This document shows, one piece after another, positions 49,064-62,989 of a DNA stretch of 64,000 nucleotides. Positions within the stretch are counted from its first letter, which is position 1, and the number at the start of each line of letters is the position of its first letter. Below the pieces are notes generated by a model that ran no database searches, was not told the DNA's origin, and worked only from the letters and a program-made list of their open reading frames with translations. Origin of the DNA: the human T2T-CHM13v2.0 reference genome, Homo sapiens; the NCBI RefSeq assembly GCF_009914755.1, contig NC_060933.1, one strand, 5' to 3'. A program made the position numbers and the translations under genes.

Positions 49064-49303
49064 CAATCAGAAGAGCTACTGTGGCTTGTAGAAAGCCTGG
49101 CATATCCAGAACAACAGAATCCAACAAGACAGGAAAGTAACCAATAGGTCTATAGTCAGGGCCTAGGTTCTGAGTAAGCACACCACTAGCAACTCCTTTA
49201 TTCTCCAGATGGAAAAAGTAGAATAGTTTACCAGAGTTATGAATACACGTGGGGAGACAATAGGTCCTTAAAGGGTTTGAAAGGCTTTTCAGCTTCTTCT
49301 GAC

Positions 49304-49918
49304 TGTGATAGTAGTTAGTCAGACATGAGCAGAACAGGAGAGGACCCCCCGACCCCAGGAATGTCAGGCAACCATCAGGTGATGGTCAGGCAGTTGTTAC
49401 ACTGTCTCTCTAAAATAATTGGTTGTAGCCAGTGCCAGGGAAAGGCAGTCTCGCAATAGATAGAAACACCTGTAACTGGTGATCAGAAGCTTCCCAATAT
49501 GATCTCAGGAGCTGGGTGAGTGGCCTCAAGCATGCGCACTAAGAGGCAAAATGGTGGAGTTTAACTGGTACATGACCTTCTTCTAGGAACATGCATACAA
49601 CTCCAGTGAACACATTATGCCTATGACCCCTCCCAAGTGCTGACAGGCCACTGTGCATATGGAATGCCAATGTATAAAACCCCAAGTTAAAGGTCAAACC
49701 GTGCACTTGAATCTCTCAGGCTGCCGGCTTGCCCCTCTTCCAAATGTACTTCACTTTCTTTGGTTCCTGCTCTGAAACTTTTTAATAAACATTCACTCCT
49801 GCTCCGAGTCTCTGCCTCAGTCTCTTCCTCCGCCTTAAGCTCCTCGGTTGAATTCCTTCTTCTGAGGTAGCAAGAACTGAGGTTGTTGCAGACCTGTACA
49901 GATCTTCCACTGCTAACA
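49304..49918 (+). mobile_element. ERV1 solo LTR (MER50-like) inserted in the older ERV pol
   Basis: TG...CA ends, 4-bp TSD tgac (49300-49303 and 49919-49922), TATA-like tataaaa near 49673 and aataaa near 49784. Confidence 0.8.
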
Positions 49919-52815
49919 TGACCCCAGTAAAGGTGCTGGTGACGTTTGATGCAACAGCTCAGTGACAGGCTTCGCCTTTTCTGAACAGGCAGGGATCTCC
50001 TGACTGCAATTCCCAACCAATCCCCAAAACTGGCAAACTTGATTTTTTTTAATTAAGCAAGCTTAATTTGTAAAATAGGCTGAGTCTAGGAAGGGACTAT
50101 TTTTTATTGGCCAGTCACAAATGTCCCAAATGCTTGAGTTCAGTTTGACACTATTGCTATTTATCTAGGGATGTTTTATATGCTTAGGAAGCTAAAAATT
50201 TGTAGAAAGTTACATTTTCTTCTTATCACATGTAAGGTGTCAGCAGCTATCAATGATTCATCTGCATATTGAATCAGCATGAAACTCTAAGGTGAGGAAA
50301 ATGACTTTAAGTTCTCTTGAACAGTAAATGTCTAGAGAATATAGTAGGTGAATCTCTAAATCCTGAGGAATCCGTTGCCACAAATATTGAAAGCTGCCAT
50401 AGGTAAATGTAAGGATGAACCTTGATTTCTCATGTAAAGGTACAGAAAAAAACCTGAACAAAAGTCTACTGCAGAAAAATACTTAGTTGGCATAGGTATT
50501 GTAATTAAAATAGTAGCCAGGTCAGCTAGCACAAGCACAGGTACCAGAAGAATCACAAACATACTTATTTCTATAAGATCTTGTACAAATCTATAAACAG
50601 GTCCACCTTCCCTGTCATATTTTCCTTCCTTTTTCACAGGTAATGTAGAAGCATTACAAACTGAATGCCCTTTATTACAGCTCATTTTCCTAATTAAAAA
50701 ATGTATAGATTATATCTTATAATTGAGCTATTCCATGTTGTAAGCTATAATTATAGCATTGATACATTTTACTAAAATATTTGTTCCTGGGATCCAAAAA
50801 AATGGATCTACTTCTTGTCAATTGATCTATTCCAGTGCAAGGTGAGATTGCCACTCACCACTGCCCCCATTGGTTTCAGAAGGCACATCTTTACCTTATC
50901 ATCAGGTGCCTTGCCTCCCAGGGCTCCAAAATCATTTCACCCAGAATACAGAATGGGTGGGAGGCATTAGTTTACACAGCGAGTCCCTTTCCAACAAATA
51001 GCTAGGTGCATCAGGAGACTAGATAAAAGCATGTTTCTTTTACAAAAGATCTATTTGCAGAATAATTTCAGAGCAGCAAGAACAGACAGAAGGTTGTCCG
51101 GAGATATCCAAAACATTAAAACAAAAAAAAGGTCAGAAGAAATTACAGAATACATGGCTCCAGGGTTCACAAAAAAAAAAAAAAAGAAAAAAAAACATGA
51201 AAAGATTAAGATGAGGAAAAGAAACAGACATATAAAGCTGTCTGCTTCCCAACTCAAAGGTTTCCTCATTATGTCAATTTTGCACACTAGTTTGCACCGT
51301 TTGCCAATTATTTCTCATCCAGTTTCTCAGGAGAAAAATCTCCTAGAGAAGCTAATAAAGCTTCAGACTCAGGTTGAATCCTTTGCGTCTTAATTTCTTC
51401 AGCATCCCCTTTCTGAATATCCTGGTTTCTTACAACAGTGATATATCAACTTTCCATTAGAGCATTCCTTTTTATTTGTTGTTGGCTCACAATAAAGTCT
51501 GTCCCATCTGTGAATAATTCTAACTGGGCAGCTAACACTGCAGTCTTAAGTTCTTCCCCACATTTTCCCAAAATGGATTGCTGGCACCAACTGTCCGCCC
51601 TTGCCATCAAACTATTTTTTCTCCTGACAATTGCTGGCAGGGAAATTCCTGGCAAAAAGCCTGCTTAAAAGGTAGAGGACCAAGGATATATTCTGATCTT
51701 CCCTTGGATTGGGCCCCAAAAATTTATAAACTGCTTCAGTGCACTGCTGATGAAAAGCAACAGGGACACACCTGCCTCTTGAGTGCGTTATTGTAGCACT
51801 GCTAGAGGTCACCATATGCAGAGAGGCTCCAAGGACTGCCATCAGCCATCCCTCACACTGAGTTATGGAAAGAGGTGGACGGCTGGTTTCCTGAGGCCAT
51901 GGCACTCCCTGATGAGGGGGTTATAATTTGGCCTCTATCACACCTGTTCCACTAGTTGAGCAAGTCAGCCAGAGGCAACACATCACACAGCAGCCAGTTT
52001 ATATCCTCACGTGTGTAGTTATATGTTGAAAAAATGCTGCAGAGCACTTCTGCAAATTTGTGTGAATCTTCCCAGAGCAATAGAAAAAAATCTCTTAAGA
52101 GAAGTATATCAACTTGGGGGAAGGCAATATGGATTCTGGCATTTGTGTCACTGCAGTTGCAAAGGGATAGGGCTGATTTTCATCATGAAATGAAAAATAA
52201 GTTGGTTTGTATGGCACTGTAGTTTCAGTCCCTGTTATGCCATAGTAATTTGACTCCCTCCATTTCTTCTAAGTTCTTAAGGCAATCAACCATTCAGCAA
52301 CCCAAAACCTTTATTCTAGGATACAATCTCTTACCCAAATTCTCACTGACTCTTTGATCTTTCTTCTGAGTAATTTATAGATGTTTAGTTGTGTTTTGCA
52401 TATTCAGTTTAGAGGGAATCACAGAGATGGGATCAGAACTAGGGCATCCAATATCAGGATATTCTAATAAAGCTAAACAATTTGCTCCTTCTAAAGGGAA
52501 TTCATCCCAGGTTTCCAATTCATCCAAGAGACCATTACCTCCCTCCTCTGAGATCCCAGATTGAGCAAAGAAGGGTGAAGAGAAGCTGAGGAAACAAAAG
52601 GAATGACAGCAGAGAAGAAATGAGAAGCTGGAGGAAGAAAAAGAGCTTTCAGATTCTTACTCTATTCTTCCAATTTCTTAATTCACTCTTTTTGGTTTTT
52701 GTTTTATTACTGACTACTTCATCTCAGGAATATAAATTATCCGTTTATTTGGGATTTTTTTTCCTTAAAATCTCCGTGCATACACTAATTTGTCTACCTC
52801 AAAAGAGTCTTTCTC

Positions 52816-53112
52816 GGCCGGGCACGGTGGCTCATGCCTGCAATCCCAGCACTTTGGGAGGCAGAGGCGGGCAGATCACGATCGAGACCATCCTGGCTAA
52901 CACGGTGAAACCCTGTCTCTACTAAAAGTACATAAAAATTAGCAGGGCATGGTGGCAGGCGCCTGCAGTCCCAGCTACTCAGGAGGCCGAGGCAGGAGAA
53001 TGACATGAAGCTGGGAGGCGGAGCTTGCAGCGAGCCCAGATGGCTCCACGGCACGGCACTCCAGCCCGGGCGACAGAGTGAGCCTCCGTCTCAGGGAAAA
53101 AAAAAAAAAAAA
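52816..53112 (+). mobile_element. AluY-type inserted in the ERV gag region
   Basis: CpG-rich, with a ~10-bp deletion after gatcacg and TSD-like g(t/c)ctttctc flanks. Confidence 0.9.
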
Positions 53113-53524
53113 GCCTTTCTCTGGCCATTGCAAAGCAGAATTTTCAGAAGTTTACCCATTCTAAACATAATAGAGTGAAATAACCCTTCTAAGAGAAAGA
53201 CCTGCCAGCAACATTCTGGACTTCCCATATTTTTCTGCCGTTAAAACCTATCCTGAATCATATAGGACCTGTGAGCCTGTATTACACATTTTGCTCAATA
53301 ATAACTCCAAATTTGTAGTAAGGTTTTGAAATTTTCCCCAGGAACCCAATCCTGCTGAGCCAAAGTAGATAATGGGAGACTTTTAAGCAAACAGTCGGGG
53401 TCTCTTACCTAATCCAAGAGGCCACATTTTATGTTAAGTGTGTTTTATCACAATAAAATGACTTTTTAAGAAGGTGGACACAAATCTTCCCACAAATTAA
53501 CCAATAGAAGCACTCACTCAAGAA

Positions 53525-53542
53525 ATCCCATCCTCATCACCA
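53525..53542 (-). other. Retroviral primer binding site, tRNA-Ser(GCU) type
   Basis: Plus strand atcccatcctcatcacca equals the tRNA-Ser(GCU) 3' end ATCCCATCCTCGTCGCCA (recalled) with two CpG-decay changes. It lies 3 nt from an LTR-like terminus at 53546. Confidence 0.72.
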
Positions 53543-53545
53543 AAT

Positions 53546-54051
53546 TGTTGGGGGGAAAATCAATACCCAAAGAAACATGCCAATTCACAAATACAGAATT
53601 AGTTGATTTTATTATTGGGCAAAACAAATAACCTGAATGTATGTGGACAGGCAGCAAGTGGCTACAAAGCTGTAATGAATATTCAGCTCCATTTATATGA
53701 AATTAATGTTGCAGTTGTTACACATCATCCTATCTTTAGAAAATAGTCAGCAGATGTTCAATTTGCACCAGTAATTACAGTGAGCTTACTCTGATGTTCT
53801 GTTTTACATACTTCTGTATCAGGCTTGCTCTGGTGTTAAGTTCCTCAGAATTCTTTATCAGGATCTATGGTTGTCCCAATAGGGCATTAGTACCTATGAT
53901 TGGTCACGTCTTTCAATATTCCTCAGCAAGGCTACATTGAACGCAAGTTCAGTTTCCCCACAGCATGAATCCTCCAGGTTCAGCTGGGTGTGCTTTTTAT
54001 GTGAGCGCTCACCTTCCCACAGCGATTATGCGAAAACCAAGCCTCTTAACA
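53546..54051 (-). mobile_element. Putative 5' LTR of the ERV
   Basis: Ends ...AACA next to the PBS on the minus strand, with AATAAA at 53608-53613. The distal boundary (tgttaag at 54051) is only a guess. Confidence 0.5.
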
Positions 54052-54602
54052 TCATACCTCTGTAAGTGATGTGATTATTTAAAATGAAGTGACTGTTAAT
54101 TAAAATCATATTCATACAGAGCTTCTATTTGCTGAAAATTTAAAGTTTGGTGGGGGTTTTTGACTTTAAATGTCTCTCATTCGTTCTGAATGTAATAATG
54201 TGCTTAATTTTATGTCTTTCTTGGAATTTATTTAATCAATTAGTACTGTGTGTCTGAGTATGTAAAGAGTATGCTAATGACATTTTAGAGGAAATCAAAT
54301 AGACTAAGAAATTAAAGGGATGCTTCAATACTGTGAATATTGATGACAAAGAAGAAAGATAAGTAATCAGAGAGAAAAAAAGGGAAAACACCTTGGACTA
54401 AAAAATAGAAACACCAGAGGCAAATAAGCCATATTTAACAAGGTTAGGTAATATGCGAGTTCTACAGAGCTTATTTTAAATATTGTTCTTATATTCAGTC
54501 ATTTCACCTGGCACAAATATGCCTTCTGTACTAAAGGAAGATGGTTTCCTTCATATTTACACTTTTGCATTATAATCAATGTGTCACCTTTTTTTCAATA
54601 AA

Positions 54603-54719
54603 TATGGTTGGCCTTCTGTATCAGAAGTCTCTACAAGGCTGACTGTGGGACTTAAGTATGAGCAGATTCTGGTACCCGAGGGGGTCCTGGAACCAATCCC
54701 TTGCAGGGAGATGACTGTA
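54603..54719. mobile_element. MER2/Tigger-type MITE remnant
   Basis: ggttggccttctgtatc...ggggtcctggaaccaatccc...gatgactgta. Confidence 0.65.
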
Positions 54720-56033
54720 AATGTTTTTGAGATTGAGAATATTAATATGTGCTTAAAATGTGAACGAGGACATGTGTTAACATCTTCATTGACCATTACA
54801 TTTTGGTTGAATAGCATATGCCATGTCTCATCTAACTAATTTGAAATAAGTTCAGATCACAAGAAAAAAGGAAAATTGGTTAAAAGAACAAGACCTGTCT
54901 TGAGCAAATACTCCATTTCCCCAGTAATATTACTGCAGTTACAATCTATCTCGAATCACTTTAAATTGGCCCAAATGCCAATTGCTGAAAATTTAATCAT
55001 TTCCCAATCAGGAATGATGCATTTATCAACCAAATCTCAAATCAGTTATAATTCTCCCCAAACCTAGTTTTGAGAACTTCAGTTTGGGTTTTTCCTAAGA
55101 GGATGACTGTCCATTTCAATGTTGAGAAACAATCCAGAAAGAGTGAATGATAACCATCCCCATTCAAAATTTTCTCATCAAATTAGAATTTTTAAATATA
55201 TTTTAGACTACGTTAATAAGGGAAATATGTTGATTATCACAGAAGTTTGGCATTTTTATATAAAATAATGCTTAGCATTTATAAGAAATATCAATTTTGC
55301 ATTCAGAAAAAAAATTGATTTAAATAGAATCCAGCCATATACATCTGAAATTTGTTGAAATCAAATGGCTAACCTCCACCAAATTGTGTTTTCAAGCTTT
55401 TTTAGAAGCTTTCATAAATAAATTAAAATTTTTTTGGCATTTAAATGAGTCGGCAATATTGCTAAACCAAAATGACGAGAGCTATGTAATTAACAATAAA
55501 TTCAAGATGAATGCTTACTATGCATGAAAAGTTAAATGTTGAGCTGGAGAGAAAAGAAAAATAAATATTTATCTGAAAAGCAAACTGAAGTAAGCATGAG
55601 GCATTCTGTCCTTGTTTCTGCCCTGTCAGGTGTAGGGCACATCCTCAGGAATCCAGAAAGCTGAGACCCCAGGGTGACTAATTTTCTGCAGGAGGTCAAT
55701 TCCCTGAAAGATGCTCAGCTGACTCCCAAAGGGATAGAAATAAAATGTACCTGATGGAGTAATTAAACAAAAAAGTTCCCATTTTTAATATGTCAGTTTG
55801 TGTTTTATTATACTGCGATAAATGTGTTGCTTTTTCATTTGTTTCCATCAGTGCACAATTACAAGTCCACATTTTGAGGACCTTCTGTTTATTTCCTTTT
55901 ATTGTTTGTTTTTAGCAGAGAATAACAAAGAAAAAACAAAATATGGTTCACAGTCTTACCAGTCAGATAACCCTTGTTGACATACAAAATAAATGTATTA
56001 ATAAACCAACAAAGTATGATCACATATACATTC

Positions 56034-56328
56034 TTTTTTTTTTTTTTTTCAGATGGAGTCTTGCTCTGTCGCCCAGGCTGGAGTGCAGTGGTGCAGTCTC
56101 GGCTCACCACAACCTCTGCCTCCTGGGTTCAGGAGATTCTCCTGCCTCAGCCTCCTGAGTAGCTAGGACTACAGGCACATGCCACTATGCCCAGCTAATT
56201 GTTGTATTTTTGGTAGAGACACAGTTTCACCATGTTGGCCAGGCTGGTCTTGAACTCCTGACCTCGTGATCTGCCCACCTTGGCCTCCCAAAGTGCTGGG
56301 ATTACAGGTGTGAGCCACCGCGCCAGGC
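56034..56328 (-). mobile_element. AluS-type (Sg/Sc-like)
   Basis: Antisense dimer with TSD cacata(t/a)acattctt. Confidence 0.9.
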
Positions 56329-56361
56329 ACATAAACATTCTTGGTTAGAAAATTGAAATAA

Positions 56362-57052
<691 letters not shown>

Positions 57053-57247
57053 TTAATTAAATGGCTTGTGCCAGGTTCCTTCCATCTGGTCTGCCCTTAT
57101 CCCATCCAGTGTTGGTGCCCTCAGGCTGCAAAGATCCTCACCAGCCCAGTGCGACCCCTGAGAAAGCTGGCCTGGGCCCCTCACTGGACACCACCCTTCC
57201 CCCACCTGCAGCTGTCTCTCCTGCCCGGAGAAGGGAGTGAGAAAGAG

Positions 57248-57251
<4 letters not shown>

Positions 57252-57308
<57 letters not shown>

Positions 57309-57328
57309 TGTGCGAGAGAGAGAGACAG

Positions 57329-57371
<43 letters not shown>
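57252..57371 (+). repeat. Interrupted (GA)n microsatellite
   Basis: About 120 bp of GA repeats in two blocks, each ending in gatgtgtgc. Confidence 0.95.
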
Positions 57372-57374
<3 letters not shown>

Positions 57375-59216
57375 TGTGCTATGATTTAGGGTCTGTATTA
57401 GGACTGACCAAGGGGACCACATAGGGTTCTCAGCCTCTTTCAAGGCCCAAGGATCTCTCAGAAGACACTTCTTCACTCTACCTTCAATCTTTCATTTGCA
57501 AAATTACTTCGTTTTGCTAGACATCTCTAGCAAAATGAAGTAATTCTCTCCAGGTTTGAGTCTCTTTATCTCTAGGTTTGAATCTTCTGATTGATTTTTC
57601 TCTCATCTTCTCCCCTTTCAGTACAGAATCACCAAAATATCCTTTTCATGATTTTTTTTAAACCAACTCTTCCTGATTGGTTCAGGATGTGCTTCTACTA
57701 TATGAAAACTTTTAAATCACCTCTATAAACTGCCTCCACCTTCTTTTCTTGCACTTACCTACATTCGGAGACTGTTTAATATCATCTCCTGCACCCCGTA
57801 CTTTGCATTCTTTTCTCTACGAGAGTGTCCGTGGACACTGGATTAACAGCAGTTCTGAATTAAAGCCACTGCGTCTCGACTCAGCTTCAATCCACATTAA
57901 TTCTGGATCTCCCACTGACGGTGATCTTTGCTGTATAACTGCACTTTCATTCACAGATGCCAAAAGAAGGTTTGGCCAGGAGCTGTGTCCAAACTTACTG
58001 TTCTAAATTTGAGACAGAGGGTTTGATGATAAGATGAAAATATGGAACAAGACAGCGCTGAATTTTTAAAATTGTGGCTTCCACAGAGTCCAAAATGTGT
58101 GGCTGGCTGCTCTATGTTTGGGATAAAATACGTAATTAGCTCTTATATATACATAAATAACTCTCAGAGGCATTAATTCTATCTTCATTTAGCCCATGTC
58201 AGTATGAGTAAACAGTGACGTTTACACACGTTGCCTGCTACGCCTCCATTTTCCCATATGTCTTCATGAAAATAAAATGTGATAAATGTAAAACATTTCA
58301 GACAGCGCTTCACATGTAAACATTTACTCGATACGTTTCCTCTCTTTTTTCTCCTTTTCTGTGTGAATTCTCTTTCCATTCCAAGTCTGGCTGGATGAAG
58401 ATTATTTTCAGAAAATGGGACTTGGAGCTATAATGTCACTGAACTCAAATACAATTTGAAGAAAAATTTTCCTTTGCCATTTTAGGTAAAGCAATAGAAT
58501 CATGTCTTGAAGCTGCAGGTGGATCTGAAGCTTGTCTGAGAGCAGGCGGAGGAGGTCGTGTCGGATGGATGGTGAGTTTGTGCGAACGGGGCCTGCCCAA
58601 ATGCTCCGCCTTTATTAGTATCTCCCAGGAGCCCCGCCTGCATGACGCCTTTTTTTCTGGTTACAAATCTCTTAGTAGATTTATTCCCCCTTACATACCT
58701 TTCCAAAGGGATTTTATGGCCTTCACAGTTACCTTTCTGCCATTTAACACTATAGCTTTAAAATAATTATTTGTATCACTTATCCAAAATATATGTTATT
58801 TCAGTATCTTAAGCTTTGAACTCGCAGGTCTAAGACTGAAACCCACAGCCTACACTGGCTCCTTCTAAAAGCTAATGATTGCATTCTGTTCCATCTTCAC
58901 TTAAAATCCACAGAGAGAATGTAGCTCCCCATGATAATGGCTGAGGTACATGAAATATTACTGTTTAGAAACAAATGGCCTCACATGGAGGGGATAATGG
59001 TAGACAAAGAGAAGCATTTGGGTGAATCGTTTATACAGATAACGTAGCAAATTTTGTTCAGAGAATAATTTACGGGTACATATGCGGATTAATTTCAAAA
59101 GGAATCTATTTTCTGCAAATATTTATTTTGAAGTTATGTGTTGAGGCTTATTAATCATTAATACGGCACAAAAGAATGTGGAAAACAGTGGACTTGTCTG
59201 GCTAGGTGTCAGGCAC

Positions 59217-59580
59217 CCTGCCTTAGTCTGTTGAGGCTGTCATAACAAAATACTGCAGACTGGGAGGTTTAAATAATAGACACTTATTCTCGCACAGCTC
59301 TGGAGGCTGGGAAGGCCAAGACCAGGGTGCCAGATGAGGGCTTTCTTCCTGGCTTGTGGACGACCACCTTCTCACTGTGTCCTCACATGGCAGTGCTCTC
59401 TCTCTCTCTCTCCCCCTCTCTTCCTATAAGACCACCGTCCTACAGGATTAGTGCCCTACTCTTATGACCTTATTTAACCTTAATTACCTCCTGAAAGGCC
59501 CTGTCTTCAGATATAGTCACATTCAGGGTTAAGGCTTCAACATATACATTTTGGAGGAACAGAATTCTGTCCATACAGCA
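59217..59580 (-). mobile_element. MaLR LTR (MLT1A/B-type)
   Basis: cttagtctgttgaggctgtcataacaaaatac...cacagctctggaggctgggaag...ttaaccttaattacctcc...ggcttcaacatat. Confidence 0.85.
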
Positions 59581-60649
59581 CTCCATGTGAATGGCTTTTC
59601 TGAGAAAAATATCAAAAAAGACAAAAACTAAGTACTGTGTCTATAAAAACAAATATCAAAATCTGTTTCTCAGTGCAAACTTTCTAAAGTTAGGCTTTAC
59701 AAAAGAATCACTTTCCCATTAATAATGGTCACTATTGTTGGTTAATATTCTTGAAAACTAATCTTACCCAATTTGACTTACTGAAGGCAATTTTGAGATA
59801 AAATCTCATCCATCTTTGAGCAATAAACTAGAAGCAAATAAATATAAGTGAAAAGCTAATTTAGCTTATACAAATTGAAAAGTAATATAAACTGTCTCTT
59901 GCTGATCAAAGTGGTACCTACGTATTTTACTGGTACGTATGTGTCAGAAAAATACATATATGTATTACATGTCTATCATGACTCTGTATTTTCACTCCAA
60001 TCATGACTTTCACAGGGGCTAATTGTGTTTTATATTTGTATACACTATGATGTACTTCTCATCAAAATTAGGAAAAAACCTACTAAATCCTCAAGTCTAC
60101 ACCAAGAATTCCAAATTGTTCTGAGAAATATTATCTTTTAGTTGATATTATTTTCAAATATCAAAATCTTCAATAGCCATTTAACAATGATCCTCATAAG
60201 TTGTGAGTAATTTTAGTCTGAATCACCATGAAATGAAGGATGAGAGCGCTGCTTGTTTGAGCAGCACTGCAAATATGATCAGGCTGCCTGAATCACAGCC
60301 ACGGCATGGCTGACTAACCTACCATGTTCGATTTTCCAAGCAGCATGCCTAGCAAAGAGGTTTTAAATTTACTTCTAAAATGATGCTGGCTCTACTTTGG
60401 GGTAGTTTAAAAAATTATAGATACATGGAAAAATACCAATATACAATGATACCTGGTAGAGATAATGTTTTTAATGAAATGCCAAAGAACTGGCTACAGT
60501 GCCGGTCTCAGTTATGTGACACCACATATCGACTTTCTAACAACACATGTCAGAAAAGGGTGCAGGTTGATTATTTCTACTGATCTTATTATTTGTTAGA
60601 AACGTAACCATAAACAGCTGGCCTGCATTTTTTCTTCTATTTCTATATA

Positions 60650-60750
60650 TCGTCTATCTTTCTATGTGTACATAATCTACCTATTTATCTATATGTATGT
60701 ATGTATATATGTATCTATCTATCTATCTATCTATCTATTTCTCATCTATA
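60650..60750 (+). repeat. (TATC)n/(TATG)n simple repeat
   Basis: Directly visible tatctatctatc array. Confidence 0.85.
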
Positions 60751-62185
60751 CATAATAACTCTCCTTCTTAGAGTGAACCATGTGGAACTTCCAACCCTTC
60801 TTTCCTCTACTCCTGAATGCCTTCGGCACCTCTCTCCAGGAAAGAGAAATATAAAGCCACTGCTTCTGCTTTTCCCACACTCACTAACTTTAAACCTTTT
60901 ACGATTTGACTTTTTTCCTCACAATTCTGATACTGATGTTGCAGTGATCACCAATATCACTCCAACAAGCCTGACCCCTTTTCCTCAGTTCTCAGTCTCC
61001 ACTGCCCTTGGTTTACAAGACCCCCAAAACTCCGAGCACTCCCTCTCTGGTTCCATCTCCCACACCCTTCCCACGTGTTTGCTGATTTCCAGTCACAATG
61101 AACCTTTTTATTCCCCTAAATCTCTCAAGCTGGTCCCTGTTTCCAAGGCTTTCCTCTTCCTGTCTCTTGTGTCATAATGTTCCTCCCCCAGATCTTCTCT
61201 GTTTGGCTCCTTCTACCACTCAATTTTCAGACTGAGTATCACTTCTTCACTTTGACCTTCTCTGTTCCGTCCCCCTAGGATTACTGTCCCTTCAAGCCCC
61301 CATCCATTCACTCTACATCATGACTCCTTTTATAACTGCTGTTGCAATTGTTGAATAGTTGTTTATGGACCATCTCTCAACATTATCTTCTCTCACGGTA
61401 TGCTCTGAACCCCCAGTGCCTAGCACAATGCCTGGTACCTTGTGGGTTATAAGATATGATTAAACTAAGGTTCGTAAAATTGTAGCTGCTACCTTCCACC
61501 TTCGTCTCCCAGATGTGCTTACTTAGTAAACCCAGTGAATATCTAACTGGAATTCTAGATGGTGTGTGGATGATTCAGAACTTACTCTTCTAAACATTTC
61601 TCCCCTATACCTCAGAATGCTTACATGGTCCTATTTATAACTCTGGAGTACATTTTTGAGTTTCTAAATAGATGTAAAAATCGGAATTCTGGGATTTTGG
61701 AATCAAAGCGTACTTGGGACCTCTTTACCCAAGGCTCCTCCGGGCTAGCTCCTCCCACCACAGTAATCCCATAAGGCAGTTATTCTTTACCATTTTACAG
61801 ATTAGCAAGTGAGCTCACCAAGGTTCCACGAGGCTGACTTCTCCTATGATTCAATTTTCAGATCAGATGCCACCTTTCAATATGGCCTGCTCAGAGTTGA
61901 GCAGCCTGTCAATGACAGAGCTGGATTCTCACCCAGATCTGCCTAACCTCAGGTTCCTAACTATTTTAAGATAAAATCACTCAGAAGATCTTGGGGGTTA
62001 ATAATAAAGACTCTGGAACCACTCACTAAAGGTGGGACTTTGGACAAAAATCCTTCAGTGCCTCAGTTTCCTCATCCATAAAATTATGAAAATAGTATAT
62101 ATTTCAGAGTGATGGTGTGAGGAACAGTGCCTGACACATAGTACACACAAAGTGTTCATTATCATTATTTTTAATTACTTACATA

Positions 62186-62729
<544 letters not shown>

Positions 62730-62989
62730 ATGTATTTATGTACATGAATGTGTCCTTGTAAAAATTCAAATATCTAAATATATGGAATAAAATGAGTAAG
62801 TCATCTTTTGCCAATCTGTTCTCCTCCCTAGAATAACCAGATCAGTGAATGCACTTTGAGTTCTTTAACATTATATTCACACGTATTTTATTTTTGCACA
62901 GTGCACGTTTTCTCCAACTTCTTTTTTCACTTAAATGATATATGTCATGGAAATCTTTCTATGAATTTGGGTCTCACTAATACTTTTTA

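Larger units (their letters stand above)
49064..53545 (-). mobile_element. Decayed class I (gamma/epsilon-like) endogenous retrovirus internal region: PBS, leader, gag, pro and partial pol
   Basis: RT remnant CNASTLPVKK...YRFVQDL...TIPMPTKYFSAVDFCSGFF (ORF 50356..50685), connection-domain remnant LTQNLGPDYRPIGYF..LD (48975..49181), a protease-end LLERD motif near 50980-51000, and a PBS at 53525-53542. Confidence 0.82.

Noticed and set aside
57068-57476. ORFs with (ER)n and (SL)n runs
   Set aside because: Artefacts of the GA microsatellite.
58486-58700. Candidate for CNTNAP3 exon 3
   Set aside because: It does not translate to the expected WLQIDLG discoidin sequence. Exons 1-3 and exon 10 onward appear to lie outside the window.
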